Positions 1-9,532 of a stretch of DNA of 64,000 nt are shown one piece after another. The stretch's first letter is position 1. Each line of letters starts with the position of its first letter. The stretch lies in contig PS015010.1 of NCBI GenBank assembly GCA_048213135.1, positions 806,001-870,000 on the forward strand. The letters run 5' to 3'. This DNA is from Reclinomonas americana ATCC 50394. Taxonomy: Eukaryota. The notes beneath the pieces are model-generated. The model was not told the origin of the DNA. It made no database searches and saw only the letters and a program-made list of their open reading frames with translations. A program made the position numbers and the translations under genes.

Positions 1-1
1 C

Positions 2-328
2 AAATATGCAGAGGTATTGGAGCAGGGCCGCAGGTATGTTATTGCCAGGCAGGTATTAAAATCCGGAACAAGTATCGGTGCCAATGTGAGGGAAGCGCAG
101 AATGCGGAGAGCAAGCCTGACTTTACGCATAAATTAAAAATTGCGGCAAAAGAGGCGGATGAAACAGAATATTGGTTGTTACTTTGCAAAAGATCTGAAG
201 GGTACCCGGATTGCGATGACTTATTAAATGATTGCTGTTCTATTATAAAAGTGCTATCCAAAATTATTGCCACATCGAAATCGAACCCATTGGCAGATCA
301 ACAAATTTCCAAATCTTCAAATCAATAA
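2..328 (+). CDS. Four helix bundle protein (23S rRNA IVS-encoded / bAvd-like family), 5'-truncated by the window edge
   Basis: QVLKSGTSIGANVREAQNAESKPDFTHKLKIAAKEADETEYWL family motif; frame is open from position 2. Confidence 0.9.
   Translation, partial: KYAEVLEQGRRYVIARQVLKSGTSIGANVREAQNAESKPDFTHKLKIAAKEADETEYWLLLCKRSEGYPDCDDLLNDCCSIIKVLSKIIATSKSNPLADQQISKSSNQ
294..325. repeat. Degenerate 8-nt tandem array (CAAATYWH x4) overlapping the 3' end of the four-helix-bundle gene
   Basis: cagatcaa caaatttc caaatctt caaatcaa. Confidence 0.7.
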
Positions 329-330
329 TC

Positions 331-1965
331 ATGCAATACGGAGACTTTTATTACCCGATGCCAGTCAACGAACCTGTTCTTAATTATGCACCCGGCAGTG
401 CAGAAAAAAAGCGCCTCAAAGAAGTGCTGAAAGAACTGAAATCGCAGCGTATCGATGTGCCCATGTATATCGGCAATGAAGAAGTGCGTACAGGTAATAC
501 CGTTAGTATCCGTCCGCCGCATGAGCACAAACATATTCTCGGCCAGTTCCATGTCGGCGAAAGTAAACATGTGACCAAAGCCATCAACGCAGCCCTGAAG
601 GCCAAAGACAAATGGGCCGCCATGAGCTGGGAGAACAGGGCCAACATCTTCCTGAAAGCGGCCGACCTCATTGCCGGTAAGTACCGTCCGTATATGAACG
701 GTACCACCATGCTGGGTCAGAGTAAGAACGCTTACCAGGCTGAGATTGACAGTGCCTGCGAAATCATCGACTTCCTCCGCTTCAATGTGCATTTCCTGAG
801 CGATATCTACCGCCAGCAGCCCATCAGCGGGCCGGGCATGTACAACCGCATGGAATACCGCCCGCTGGAAGGTTTTGTATTCGCCCTTACACCGTTCAAC
901 TTTACCGCTATAGGCGGCAACCTGCCCACCAGCGCCGCCATGTGTGGCAATGTGGTGGTATGGAAATGCGCCAACACGCAGGTATTCAGCGCCCAGATGT
1001 TCATGCGCATACTGCGGGAAGCGGGATTGCCCGACGGGGTAATCAACCTTGTATTCGTGGATGGACCTACCATTGGTGAAGTGGTTTTCAATCATCCTGA
1101 TTTTGCAGGTATACACTTTACCGGCAGCACCGGCGTATTCAACCGCATGTGGGAAACCATCGGTAAAAATATGGGTATGTATAAAAGCTATCCCCGCATT
1201 GTTGGGGAGACCGGCGGTAAGGATTTTGTGATCGCTCATAAATCTGCCGACGTAGATGTGGTAGCGACCGCCCTGGCCCGTGGTGCTTTTGAATACCAGG
1301 GACAAAAATGTTCCGCTGCTTCCAGGGCCTATATTCCTTCCAATATAGCGGCAGAAGTGAAGAAGAAACTGGTGGAACAGGTAAAAACGATGAAGATGGG
1401 TACCGTGGAAGACTTCACCAATTTTGTGAATGCCGTGATCGATGAAAAAAGTTTCGATAAACTGGAAGGTTATATCCGCAACGCCCGCAAACGCGACAGC
1501 GGCGCTAAAATATGGGTAGGTGGTAAATGCGATAAAACCGAAGGCTACTTTATTGAGCCCACCATTATTGAAGCCACCGATCCTAAATACGTGACCATGT
1601 GTGAAGAACTCTTTGGGCCGGTACTGACTGTTTACATCTATGATGAAAATAAATATGAAGAAACCCTGAAACTGGTTGACAGCACTTCCGGCTACGCCCT
1701 CACCGGTGCCGTTATCGCCCGCGACCGTGCGGCGGTGGAGCTGGCCACCAACAGGCTGCGCAACAGTGCAGGCAACTTCTACATCAACGATAAGCCTACA
1801 GGCGCTGTAGTAGGTCAGCAGCCATTTGGCGGCGCCCGTGCAAGCGGTACCAACGATAAGGCCGGCTCGCAGCTGAACCTCTACCGCTGGTTAAGCGCAC
1901 GCACCATTAAGGAAACTTTTGTACCACCGGTGGATTACAGTTATCCGTTTATGCAGGAGAAATAA
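331..1965 (+). CDS. pruA: L-glutamate gamma-semialdehyde (P5C) dehydrogenase
   Basis: ALDH fold; ETGGKDF, FEYQGQKCSA (catalytic Cys), GQQPFGGARASGTNDKAG; ATG at 331. Confidence 0.95.
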   Translation: MQYGDFYYPMPVNEPVLNYAPGSAEKKRLKEVLKELKSQRIDVPMYIGNEEVRTGNTVSIRPPHEHKHILGQFHVGESKHVTKAINAALKAKDKWAAMSWENRANIFLKAADLIAGKYRPYMNGTTMLGQSKNAYQAEIDSACEIIDFLRFNVHFLSDIYRQQPISGPGMYNRMEYRPLEGFVFALTPFNFTAIGGNLPTSAAMCGNVVVWKCANTQVFSAQMFMRILREAGLPDGVINLVFVDGPTIGEVVFNHPDFAGIHFTGSTGVFNRMWETIGKNMGMYKSYPRIVGETGGKDFVIAHKSADVDVVATALARGAFEYQGQKCSAASRAYIPSNIAAEVKKKLVEQVKTMKMGTVEDFTNFVNAVIDEKSFDKLEGYIRNARKRDSGAKIWVGGKCDKTEGYFIEPTIIEATDPKYVTMCEELFGPVLTVYIYDENKYEETLKLVDSTSGYALTGAVIARDRAAVELATNRLRNSAGNFYINDKPTGAVVGQQPFGGARASGTNDKAGSQLNLYRWLSARTIKETFVPPVDYSYPFMQEK

Positions 1966-1967
1966 TT

Positions 1968-2049
1968 AAAAAATCAAAGGGAAAAATTAAAAAGGGAGAT
2001 CACCGTAAAAGGAAGTCTCCCTTTTTAATTTTGATTTTTTACTTTTGAC
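1968..2049. repeat. Intergenic inverted-repeat element (17-bp perfect stem 1983-1999/2016-2032), related to 4511-4582 and 44691-44771
   Basis: 2018-2048 matches 44738-44768 at 30/31 positions. Confidence 0.8.
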
Positions 2050-2063
2050 TTAACTATCACCAT

Positions 2064-2573
2064 ATGCAAATCTTACTTACAACCGCACAACTTCATCTTA
2101 CACTTAAAAGACTGGCCCACCAGTTACTGGAAAATGTATCTTCCACCGACGGGCTGGCTTTCATCGGCATACAGCCCCGTGGCGTTAAAGTGAGTGAGCA
2201 ACTGGTAGATATAATCCGGGAATTATCGCCCGGCAGCGTCATTAACTACGGCATACTCGACATTACTTTTTACCGTGATGATGTACGGGAAGAGTTACAT
2301 GTTGCCAGTAAAACGGATATTCCTTTTTCCATTGAAGATAAAAAAGTGATCCTGATCGACGATGTATTGTATACGGGCCGCACCATCCGCGCCGCACTGG
2401 ACGCCCTGCAGGATTTTGGCCGCCCCAGCAAAGTGGAACTTTGTGTGCTGGTAGACAGGCGTTTTAACCGCGAACTGCCCATTCAGCCCGACTATTGCGG
2501 CAAAGCCATCGACACCATCATCTCCCAGAAAGTGAAAGTGGAATGGGAGCGTGAGGAGGTGGTTCTGTATTAA
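2064..2573 (+). CDS. pyrR: Bifunctional pyr operon regulator / uracil phosphoribosyltransferase
   Basis: LDITFYRDD, VILIDDVLYTGRTIRAALDAL, RELPIQPDY; adjacent to pyrB. Confidence 0.95.
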   Translation: MQILLTTAQLHLTLKRLAHQLLENVSSTDGLAFIGIQPRGVKVSEQLVDIIRELSPGSVINYGILDITFYRDDVREELHVASKTDIPFSIEDKKVILIDDVLYTGRTIRAALDALQDFGRPSKVELCVLVDRRFNRELPIQPDYCGKAIDTIISQKVKVEWEREEVVLY

Positions 2574-2603
2574 TTCGTAATTAGTAATTCGTAATTAGTA
2601 ATT
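2571..2603. repeat. 7-nt tandem array TAATTCG/TAATTAG
   Basis: taattcg taattag taattcg taattag taatt. Confidence 0.85.
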
Positions 2604-2609
2604 ATTTTC

Positions 2610-2617
2610 TAGCTTTG
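2610..2617 (+). promoter_or_regulatory. Bacteroidota -7 promoter box (TAgcTTTG) for pyrB
   Basis: Exact TAnnTTTG, 7 nt before the ATG. Confidence 0.6.
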
Positions 2618-2624
2618 CCCCTTA

Positions 2625-3551
2625 ATGCAACTATCTACCAAACATCTATTGGGCATTAAAGACCTCACACCGGAAGACATCTCCCTTATTTTAACCACCG
2701 CCACCCAGTTCAAGGAAGTACTGCAGCGTTCTGTAAAGAAAGTGCCATCGTTGCGGGACATTACCATTGTGAACCTGTTTTACGAGAACAGTACCCGTAC
2801 ACGGATCTCTTTTGAACTGGCGGAGAAAAGGCTCAGCGCGGATACCATTAACTTTTCCGCGGCCGGGTCATCGGCAGCCAAGGGAGAAACACTGCTGGAT
2901 ACGGTCAATAATATCCTGAGCATGAAGGTAGACATGGTGGTGATGCGACACAGCGCCAGCGGGGCGCCGCATTTCCTGGCCAAACATATTCCCGCGGCCA
3001 TCATCAATGCCGGTGACGGTATCAATGAACATCCTACGCAGGCCCTGCTCGATGCCTTGTCCATACAGGAAAAACTGGGCAGCCTGGCCGGTAAGAAGGT
3101 GGTACTCATCGGCGATATCATGCACTCCCGTGTAGCACTCAGCAATATTCACCTGCTCACCAAAATGGGCGCCGAAGTGATGGTGGCCGGCCCGCCAACA
3201 CTGATACCCAAATATATCGGGGAGGCCCTGGGGGTTAAAGTGGAATACAACCTGAAAAAAGCCCTGGAATGGTGTGATGTGGCCAACGTACTGCGCATAC
3301 AACTGGAGCGGCAGAACCAGGTATTGTTTTCTTCCCTGCGTGAATATAACTTAGCCTATGGCGTTAGCCGCCGCCTGCTCGACGGTTTGAATAAAGAAAT
3401 ACTCATTATGCACCCCGGCCCCATTAACCGGGGCGTGGAGATTGACAGTGATGTGGCCGACGGCAACGAATCCATTATACTTCAACAGGTAGAGAACGGT
3501 GTAGCCGTGAGAATGGCCGCCCTTTACCTGCTGTCACCCAAAAGCAACTGA
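2625..3551 (+). CDS. pyrB: Aspartate carbamoyltransferase catalytic subunit
   Basis: FYENSTRTRISFE, HPTQALLD, MHPGPINRGVEI motifs. Confidence 0.97.
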   Translation: MQLSTKHLLGIKDLTPEDISLILTTATQFKEVLQRSVKKVPSLRDITIVNLFYENSTRTRISFELAEKRLSADTINFSAAGSSAAKGETLLDTVNNILSMKVDMVVMRHSASGAPHFLAKHIPAAIINAGDGINEHPTQALLDALSIQEKLGSLAGKKVVLIGDIMHSRVALSNIHLLTKMGAEVMVAGPPTLIPKYIGEALGVKVEYNLKKALEWCDVANVLRIQLERQNQVLFSSLREYNLAYGVSRRLLDGLNKEILIMHPGPINRGVEIDSDVADGNESIILQQVENGVAVRMAALYLLSPKSN

Positions 3552-3574
3552 TCCATCCATTAAAAACACTGCTT

Positions 3575-4057
3575 ATGTCCCGAATCTGTCTCTTTCCCGG
3601 TACGTTTGATCCCGTTACCCTGGGACATACGGATATCATCAACCGGGCGCTGCCCCTTTTTGACCGGCTGGTGATTGGCATTGGCCGTAACAGCAATAAA
3701 ACGCCTATGTTCAGCGAAGAACAAAGACTGGCCTGGTTGCGGGAGATCTATAAAGAAACGCCCAAGGTGGAAGCCATCGCTTATGACGGTCTTACGGTGG
3801 ACTGCTGTAAAAATGTAGGCGCCAATTTTATCCTCAGGGGTATCCGTTATGTAAACGATTTTGAATACGAAAAAGCCATTGCCGACATGAACCGCAGCAT
3901 CGACAAAGGCATTGAAACCATTTTCCTTACCTGCCTGCCCCAGTACACTTCCGTAGCGTCTACGCTGGTGCGTGATGTGCTGCGCTATGGCGGCGATGTA
4001 TCCCAGTTTATACCCGAACTGGTGGTGAATGATATCAAAAAAATGGGCGTCCGCTAA
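3575..4057 (+). CDS. coaD: Pantetheine-phosphate adenylyltransferase
   Basis: FPGTFDPVTLGH, LRGIRYVNDFEYE, ASTLVR. Confidence 0.96.
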   Translation: MSRICLFPGTFDPVTLGHTDIINRALPLFDRLVIGIGRNSNKTPMFSEEQRLAWLREIYKETPKVEAIAYDGLTVDCCKNVGANFILRGIRYVNDFEYEKAIADMNRSIDKGIETIFLTCLPQYTSVASTLVRDVLRYGGDVSQFIPELVVNDIKKMGVR

Positions 4058-4066
4058 TTCCTTGTT

Positions 4067-4495
4067 ATGTCAATCTGGTTTAACCCTTCACTTAGTATCA
4101 ACGACCTCATTCCGCTGGGCCCCCGTACCATGGCCGAACACTTGGGTATGGAATGGCTGGAAGTGGGAGATAACTTCTTAAAAATGCGTATGCCGGTCGA
4201 TGAGCGTACGCACCAGCCTTATGGTTTGCTGCACGGCGGCGCCAGTTGTGCCCTGGCAGAGACCATCGGGAGTGTGGCATCGCATTTTATCATCGATCCC
4301 GGAAAATTTATGTGCGTAGGACTGGAGATCAACGCCAATCATGTACGCAGCGCCCGCAGCGGGTATGTTACCGCCACCTGTACACCTCTTCACATAGGCG
4401 CTTCCACCCATGTGTGGGATATTAAAATTCATGATGAGAGAGAAAAGCTGGTTTGTATAAGCAGGCTTACTGTTGCAGTACTGAAGAAGAAGTAA
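4067..4495 (+). CDS. Hotdog-fold (PaaI/MenI-like) thioesterase
   Basis: QPYGLLHGGASCALAET, GLEINANH. Confidence 0.9.
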   Translation: MSIWFNPSLSINDLIPLGPRTMAEHLGMEWLEVGDNFLKMRMPVDERTHQPYGLLHGGASCALAETIGSVASHFIIDPGKFMCVGLEINANHVRSARSGYVTATCTPLHIGASTHVWDIKIHDEREKLVCISRLTVAVLKKK

Positions 4496-4510
4496 AAAAA
4501 TAAAATTAAT

Positions 4511-4582
4511 AAGTCAAAATTCAAAAGTAAAAAGGGGACCTTAAGGTGGCTTTGTTTTCCATGACCCTTTTTGATTTTTCAC
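4511..4582. repeat. Degenerate copy of the TCAAAA/TTTTGA inverted-repeat element between convergent genes
   Basis: caaaattcaaaagt at 4515-4528 is identical to 44691-44704; right arm ccctttttgatttttca. Confidence 0.6.
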
Positions 4583-4588
4583 CCTTCA

Positions 4589-5218
4589 TCACGGCTCATC
4601 AAAGAACCTGTGCATAATATCCCTGATGGAAGGATAGGTGTCATTCATGGGTTCTTTAATATCCTTCGTTTTCACCCACTTTATCTCGTCGATGTGCTCT
4701 TCCGTTTGCGGTGTCAATTGTTGAGAACCGGTACAGGTCATGTAGAACCAATGCGTTGTTTTGAGGTAATGCTTGCCAAAAGCGTTATAAGTATGGTAGG
4801 TTTCGCCTATCTTTTTTTTCATATGCAGGTTGGTTACACCTGTTTCTTCTTCCACTTCCCGCAGGGCGGCGGCTTCGGCAGATTCCTTTTTTTCGATCTT
4901 ACCCTTGGGCAGGTCCCATTTATCCAGCCGGTGAATGAAAAGGAGCTCTTTCTTGCTGTTCTGTACAATGCCCCCGGCCGCTTCGATCATCGTAAAATGT
5001 TTGAAAAACGCTTTCTTCAGTTTATCCATATCTGCATTCCATAATACCCCGGCATGGAACTCGGGTTTAACGATCTCGTGTAACAGGGATTTGATGGCCG
5101 GGCCCGATATTTCATCAATGAACACCGCGTCGGGATGGTGCAGCACCTTGTTCAGTTCCTGGTCAATATCGGTACAGAGGTATACCGGTTTATCGGCAAA
5201 ATAGATCTTGATGTGCAT
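4589..5218 (-). CDS. NUDIX hydrolase
   Basis: Nudix box GKIEKKESAEAAALREVEEETG; start taken at MHIKIY because the longer ORF overlaps pyrE. Confidence 0.9.
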   Translation of the reverse strand: MHIKIYFADKPVYLCTDIDQELNKVLHHPDAVFIDEISGPAIKSLLHEIVKPEFHAGVLWNADMDKLKKAFFKHFTMIEAAGGIVQNSKKELLFIHRLDKWDLPKGKIEKKESAEAAALREVEEETGVTNLHMKKKIGETYHTYNAFGKHYLKTTHWFYMTCTGSQQLTPQTEEHIDEIKWVKTKDIKEPMNDTYPSIRDIMHRFFDEP

Positions 5219-5273
5219 AGCTGAAATTTGAATTCCGCAACGGAAGCTGACCGCTTTTTCTTTACTTTGCAGC

Positions 5274-5906
5274 ATGACAAATGAAAAGGCCGTTGCCGAA
5301 AAACTATTACAAATTAATGCAATTAAATTGAGTCCGCAACAGCCCTTTACCTGGGCCAGCGGCTGGAAAAGTCCCATCTACTGCGATAACCGCAAGGTGC
5401 TTTCCTTCCCTTATGTGCGTGATTTTGTTAAAAGCGAGATGTGCAGCGTGATCTTTGAACAATACCCCGACGCTGAACTGCTGGCAGGGGTAGCCACCGC
5501 GGGTATTGCCTGGGGTGCCATGGCAGCCGACCAGCTGAAACTGCCTTACATATACGTACGCCCCAAGCCCAAGGAGCACGGACTGGGCAACCAGATAGAA
5601 GGTTTTTACGAGGCCGGGCAGAAAGTGGTGGTGATCGAGGACCTTATTTCAACCGGTAAAAGCAGCCTGCAGGTGTGTGATGTGCTGAAAGCGCAGGGAC
5701 TTGATATCGCCGGTATGGTTTCCATATTCAATTACGGTTTTCCGGTGGCTAAAGACGCTTTTGCCGCGGCGGGAATACCTTATACGTCACTTACGAACTA
5801 CCCAACGCTGATCTCCCTGGCCATTGAAAAAGGACTGGTAACAGCCGAGCAGCAGGAAAGTCTCCTCAGCTGGCAGGAAAACCCGGCCGGTTGGACGGGG
5901 GAGTGA
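5274..5906 (+). CDS. pyrE: Orotate phosphoribosyltransferase
   Basis: FTWASGWKSPIYCDNR, VVVIEDLISTGKSS. Confidence 0.97.
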   Translation: MTNEKAVAEKLLQINAIKLSPQQPFTWASGWKSPIYCDNRKVLSFPYVRDFVKSEMCSVIFEQYPDAELLAGVATAGIAWGAMAADQLKLPYIYVRPKPKEHGLGNQIEGFYEAGQKVVVIEDLISTGKSSLQVCDVLKAQGLDIAGMVSIFNYGFPVAKDAFAAAGIPYTSLTNYPTLISLAIEKGLVTAEQQESLLSWQENPAGWTGE

Positions 5907-5985
5907 TGAGAGAGGATGCCGGATTGAAATCGTTAAAAAATGGGTGGTTCAGCTCCTGAACTGCCGGAAGCCATATCTTTACTTC

Positions 5986-6363
5986 ATGAAGAAATTTCTT
6001 TTTACCGCTATTGCGCTCCTTGGCCTTACCGCGGTTTCCCTGGGACAGATCAAAAAAGTATCCGATAAAGCCGTTATAAAGACGCCCGGGCTACAGGCTG
6101 AGAGCTGTAAAGACCGTATTGAGTTCTTTATCGGTAAAATGGACGGCATTACGTCTGTAAAGGGCGATTTTAAGAAGAAAACGGTGACCGTTACCTGGCT
6201 GACCGACCGGGCCACGCTGGAAGACATTAAAACAGCCATTGCCAACCTGGGTTTTGATGCTGATGATATAGAAGCGGAAGAATACGCGTATAAACGCCTG
6301 CCCAAAGAATGTAAGCGACCGGATACTATTGGCGTTAAAAAGCCTGTATTGGTCAAACCCTGA
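5986..6363 (+). CDS. Exported heavy-metal-associated (HMA) domain protein
   Basis: Signal peptide MKKFLFTAIALLG; HMA-like fold with QAESC in place of CxxC; AIANLGFDAD...LPKECK. Confidence 0.75.
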   Translation: MKKFLFTAIALLGLTAVSLGQIKKVSDKAVIKTPGLQAESCKDRIEFFIGKMDGITSVKGDFKKKTVTVTWLTDRATLEDIKTAIANLGFDADDIEAEEYAYKRLPKECKRPDTIGVKKPVLVKP

Positions 6364-6391
6364 CCTTTTTATAAAACTGAAGAAAACTGTC

Positions 6392-6416
6392 AGCCGGGAT
6401 ATTTCCCGGCTTTTTT
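6392..6416 (+). terminator. Rho-independent terminator
   Basis: agccggga-tatt-tcccggct followed by a T run. Confidence 0.75.
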
Positions 6417-6453
6417 GTGCCCTTTCCTGCCCCGGGCGGGGGGTAGGTTACTC

Positions 6454-6918
6454 TTATTCGTAGATGTTGAACTTCTGTACGCTCTCGTATTTAACGGGGA
6501 AACTTTTGAATACATTGGCCTTTCCAATCTTCACCCGGCCCTCGACCCTTACCAGCACTTCTTTGCCCAGGAGGGTGCCTAAAACGTTCCTGAACGCATT
6601 TTTCATGTCCACCTGCACTTCTATGGGCAGGGTGAATTCTCCTCTTTTCGGGATGCTGATCTGATAATCCTGCGAACTGTGCCCGAAAAAATTATTGTCC
6701 ACGTAAATGTCAAGATCGGTCGTTTTCAGCTGCAAACCGAAATTATTAGGATTGTAATACACCAGGTCCACCTTCAGTACGGTGGAGCCAAAACCGATCT
6801 TGGGTACCGACAGGTTTTTGAAATCGCGGTACTCCAGGTCCTTCGGGGCCCGACAGGATGACAGTAAAAAAAGGAGGGCGGCTATGGCTGCGAAAGAGGA
6901 GAGAGTTTTATACTTCAT
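6454..6918 (-). CDS. LEA type 2 / WHy domain lipoprotein
   Basis: Lipobox LSSC; YNPN motif. Confidence 0.8.
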   Translation of the reverse strand: MKYKTLSSFAAIAALLFLLSSCRAPKDLEYRDFKNLSVPKIGFGSTVLKVDLVYYNPNNFGLQLKTTDLDIYVDNNFFGHSSQDYQISIPKRGEFTLPIEVQVDMKNAFRNVLGTLLGKEVLVRVEGRVKIGKANVFKSFPVKYESVQKFNIYE

Positions 6919-7953
6919 GGCTTTTTTATTCCACGCTAATTTAAGTCAAGAATTCGACCTGCGAAAATCCGCTTTTGGAATGAGGCTTTTTTTGCAGGTA
7001 AAAACTTTAGCAAATGCGGGTGACAGGTTGACAAAGGTTAGAGAAATTAACAACTATTAATTTTAGTATTTATAAAATTACATAAATTATTGTAATAAAG
7101 TAACTTAAGATTATTTATATCAACTTTATATTTTAATAAAAAATATCAAAATTGATCATTTTACCTCCTTTTGCCTGAGTTATGAACAATGCGTAGTATT
7201 TATTCATACTTATTAACTTATTTTATTGGTTTAAAGTTTTTAATAAATATTTATTGAAATTTTATTTCGTTATACATTTCAATTGACAATAAATTGTAAT
7301 TAGTTAAAAGTTAATTTTCTGAAATTCCCCCTATCTCGTTCCTTTTGGAGCCACATGATACCGGAAATCCTCACAGCCAGGGAAACGTCTTAAAATCGTT
7401 TGCTGCAGCCGGCGGTTGCCGGGATGGTTGGCGTGAGACAAAATGGCATTGTTTTTCATTGATGGGCAAAAACTCGTTTCCCGGTTTACAGAGACCGGGG
7501 TGGTGCCGGGAAGTGGGGTAATTTCTTACACCGGGGAGGTATATATAAGACTGCCCGGCCAGGGAACGGGCAGGTGAACGGTAACTGTGGGTAGTGCCTG
7601 GGCTGATCAACGCCCATTACGGAAATTACCATTCTCAGCCTATCGTATTTATACGGGTTTTTACGATGCGTAGAATAAAATAGGGGTATGAAAATGACAA
7701 ATTTGGTGGTAGCTAATCAGTATTTGGGAGGTGTTTATGTCGTTTTTATGACAGTTTTTTGTAGAAAACCTTCGAATTATGATTTTTTGCCAATTTTTTT
7801 TTCACAAAAAATTTCCCCCGTTTGATAGTATTTTTTTAACAAATTAAGCGTTGGTATTTGAAATAATTCAAAAAACAGCTATTCAGGGGGATTTTTACGC
7901 CAAATGCCGTAAAATTACGGTTGAGTAAATTTGCGTTTTTCGAAAACCCGATA

Positions 7954-7961
7954 TATGTTTG
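7954..7961 (+). promoter_or_regulatory. -7 promoter box (TAtgTTTG) for the 8124 gene, implying a ~155-nt leader
   Basis: Exact TAnnTTTG; CCGTA-N4-TACGG palindrome at 7907-7920 upstream. Confidence 0.5.
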
Positions 7962-8123
7962 CATCCGAAACCAGCAATGACCTTTACCTCGGTCATCCTG
8001 AATTTCGAACAAGAATTTCCAACTACCTCTGAAAGTTTCCAATCCGGTAAGGGAGTAATTAACCTGCCCCGGGCTCCAGAAAAGAGCAAAAATTTTCAAC
8101 ACCTCAAATCCACAAAGAAAAAA

Positions 8124-9389
8124 ATGAAAAAGATCTCTACTTTTCAGAAGGTAGTACTATGCCTTGCTTTCATCCTCGTAACCTCTGGCGCAAAAGCCCA
8201 GAATGTTTCCCAGCTTAATTTCAATACTGTTCCCACGCTCATTTCCGGTGTACTGAACCTGGTAAATGCCAAGTACCGTTTCTACAGCGTTAAGAATAAT
8301 GTTGACGCCCTGGTAACCATAGTATCTTCCAGCAATAACGCTAAAATTGACATTTTCGACGATAATGATGTAACCAAACCGGAAGCTTTTTCTCCTAAGA
8401 TCAGCGTACCGGCCAATAAGAACGGCTACGTGGAATTCAAGATCGAATTTGTTCGTCCCATTACCAATGCCGCAGTACCTATGGACAGCATCTTCGCCAC
8501 GGCTATTGATATTGACGGTAATAACCAGGTGAAGGAATTTGACGTGATTGATATGGGCGCTAATTCCCTGGCTTCCTATGCCGCTACCAACCCGGAGATC
8601 AGCCTGACCAAGAGTGGTACTGCCTGGACGGGTACCAACATCGCTGGTATTGAATACGACGGTATCGACAGCAGCGCTAAAAAGGTAATGTTTACCGTAA
8701 AAAACAAGAACGTTAACTATTTTATATACAGGGCAGGGGTGAACAACAGCAGCTCCAGCTCAGTAAGCCGCCAGAAAAGCATCTACTTTAAAGACTTCGC
8801 TTATCCCAACCAGGTGACCCTGCCGGTTAAGTACAGCTCTTTCGACGCTTCAGTGGCCGACAGGAAAGTGACCCTGAAATGGGTAACCGTAATGGAAAGC
8901 AACAATCACCATTTTGAAGTGGAGCGTTCTTTCAACGCTACCAGCTTTGCCACCATTGGCCTGGTACTGGATGCCGAACAGGTATTGGGTAACGACCGCA
9001 CCTACCGTTTTAAGGATGCTTCTGCTGAACTGCAGGGAAAAAGCGTTGCTTACTACAGGCTCCGCCAGGTAGATGTGGATGGTAAAGTGACTTACAGCAG
9101 CACACTGGCCGTAAGGTTACAGTCTGCAGCTACTGATATCGCCGTACAGGCCTCTCCCAATCCTTTTGTTGAGCAGGTAACGCTTCGCTTCAATGCCGAG
9201 GCTAATGCTACAGCACAGGTAAGGATCGTAAATACGAACGGACAAACTTTGTTATCCAAACAATCTGTTATCGCTAAGGGCTATAACAACCTGATGGTTG
9301 ATGGCCTTGGCAAACTGCCGAAAGGCATGTACATCGCTCAACTGCTGATCGACGGTAAGATCGCCGGCAGCCAGCCAGTGGTGAAATAA
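8124..9389 (+). CDS. T9SS type-A CTD secreted protein
   Basis: Signal peptide (MKKIST...AKAQ); LPVKYSSFDA / FEVERS / YYRLRQVDVDG module; ASPNPF...GMYIAQL C-terminal sorting domain. Confidence 0.88.
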   Translation: MKKISTFQKVVLCLAFILVTSGAKAQNVSQLNFNTVPTLISGVLNLVNAKYRFYSVKNNVDALVTIVSSSNNAKIDIFDDNDVTKPEAFSPKISVPANKNGYVEFKIEFVRPITNAAVPMDSIFATAIDIDGNNQVKEFDVIDMGANSLASYAATNPEISLTKSGTAWTGTNIAGIEYDGIDSSAKKVMFTVKNKNVNYFIYRAGVNNSSSSSVSRQKSIYFKDFAYPNQVTLPVKYSSFDASVADRKVTLKWVTVMESNNHHFEVERSFNATSFATIGLVLDAEQVLGNDRTYRFKDASAELQGKSVAYYRLRQVDVDGKVTYSSTLAVRLQSAATDIAVQASPNPFVEQVTLRFNAEANATAQVRIVNTNGQTLLSKQSVIAKGYNNLMVDGLGKLPKGMYIAQLLIDGKIAGSQPVVK

Positions 9390-9532
9390 TTAAAACGGAC
9401 CGCGGGTTTTACCGCCTGCGGTCCTTAACCTTTACCCGGTTAAAACCCTGAACCTTTTAATTAAACCCGATATTCACTGTAAAGCCGCTAAACCAATACC
9501 CATTGCAGAAGACCAATTAAAAAATCATTGCA

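Noticed and set aside
2-328. Diversity-generating retroelement or 23S rRNA intervening sequence implied by the bAvd-like gene
   Set aside because: No reverse transcriptase, template/variable repeat pair or rRNA sequence in the window; upstream context is not visible.
1966-2063. PyrR attenuator upstream of pyrR
   Set aside because: No AGUCCAGAGAGGCU-like PyrR-binding loop; the hairpin belongs to a dispersed repeat family.
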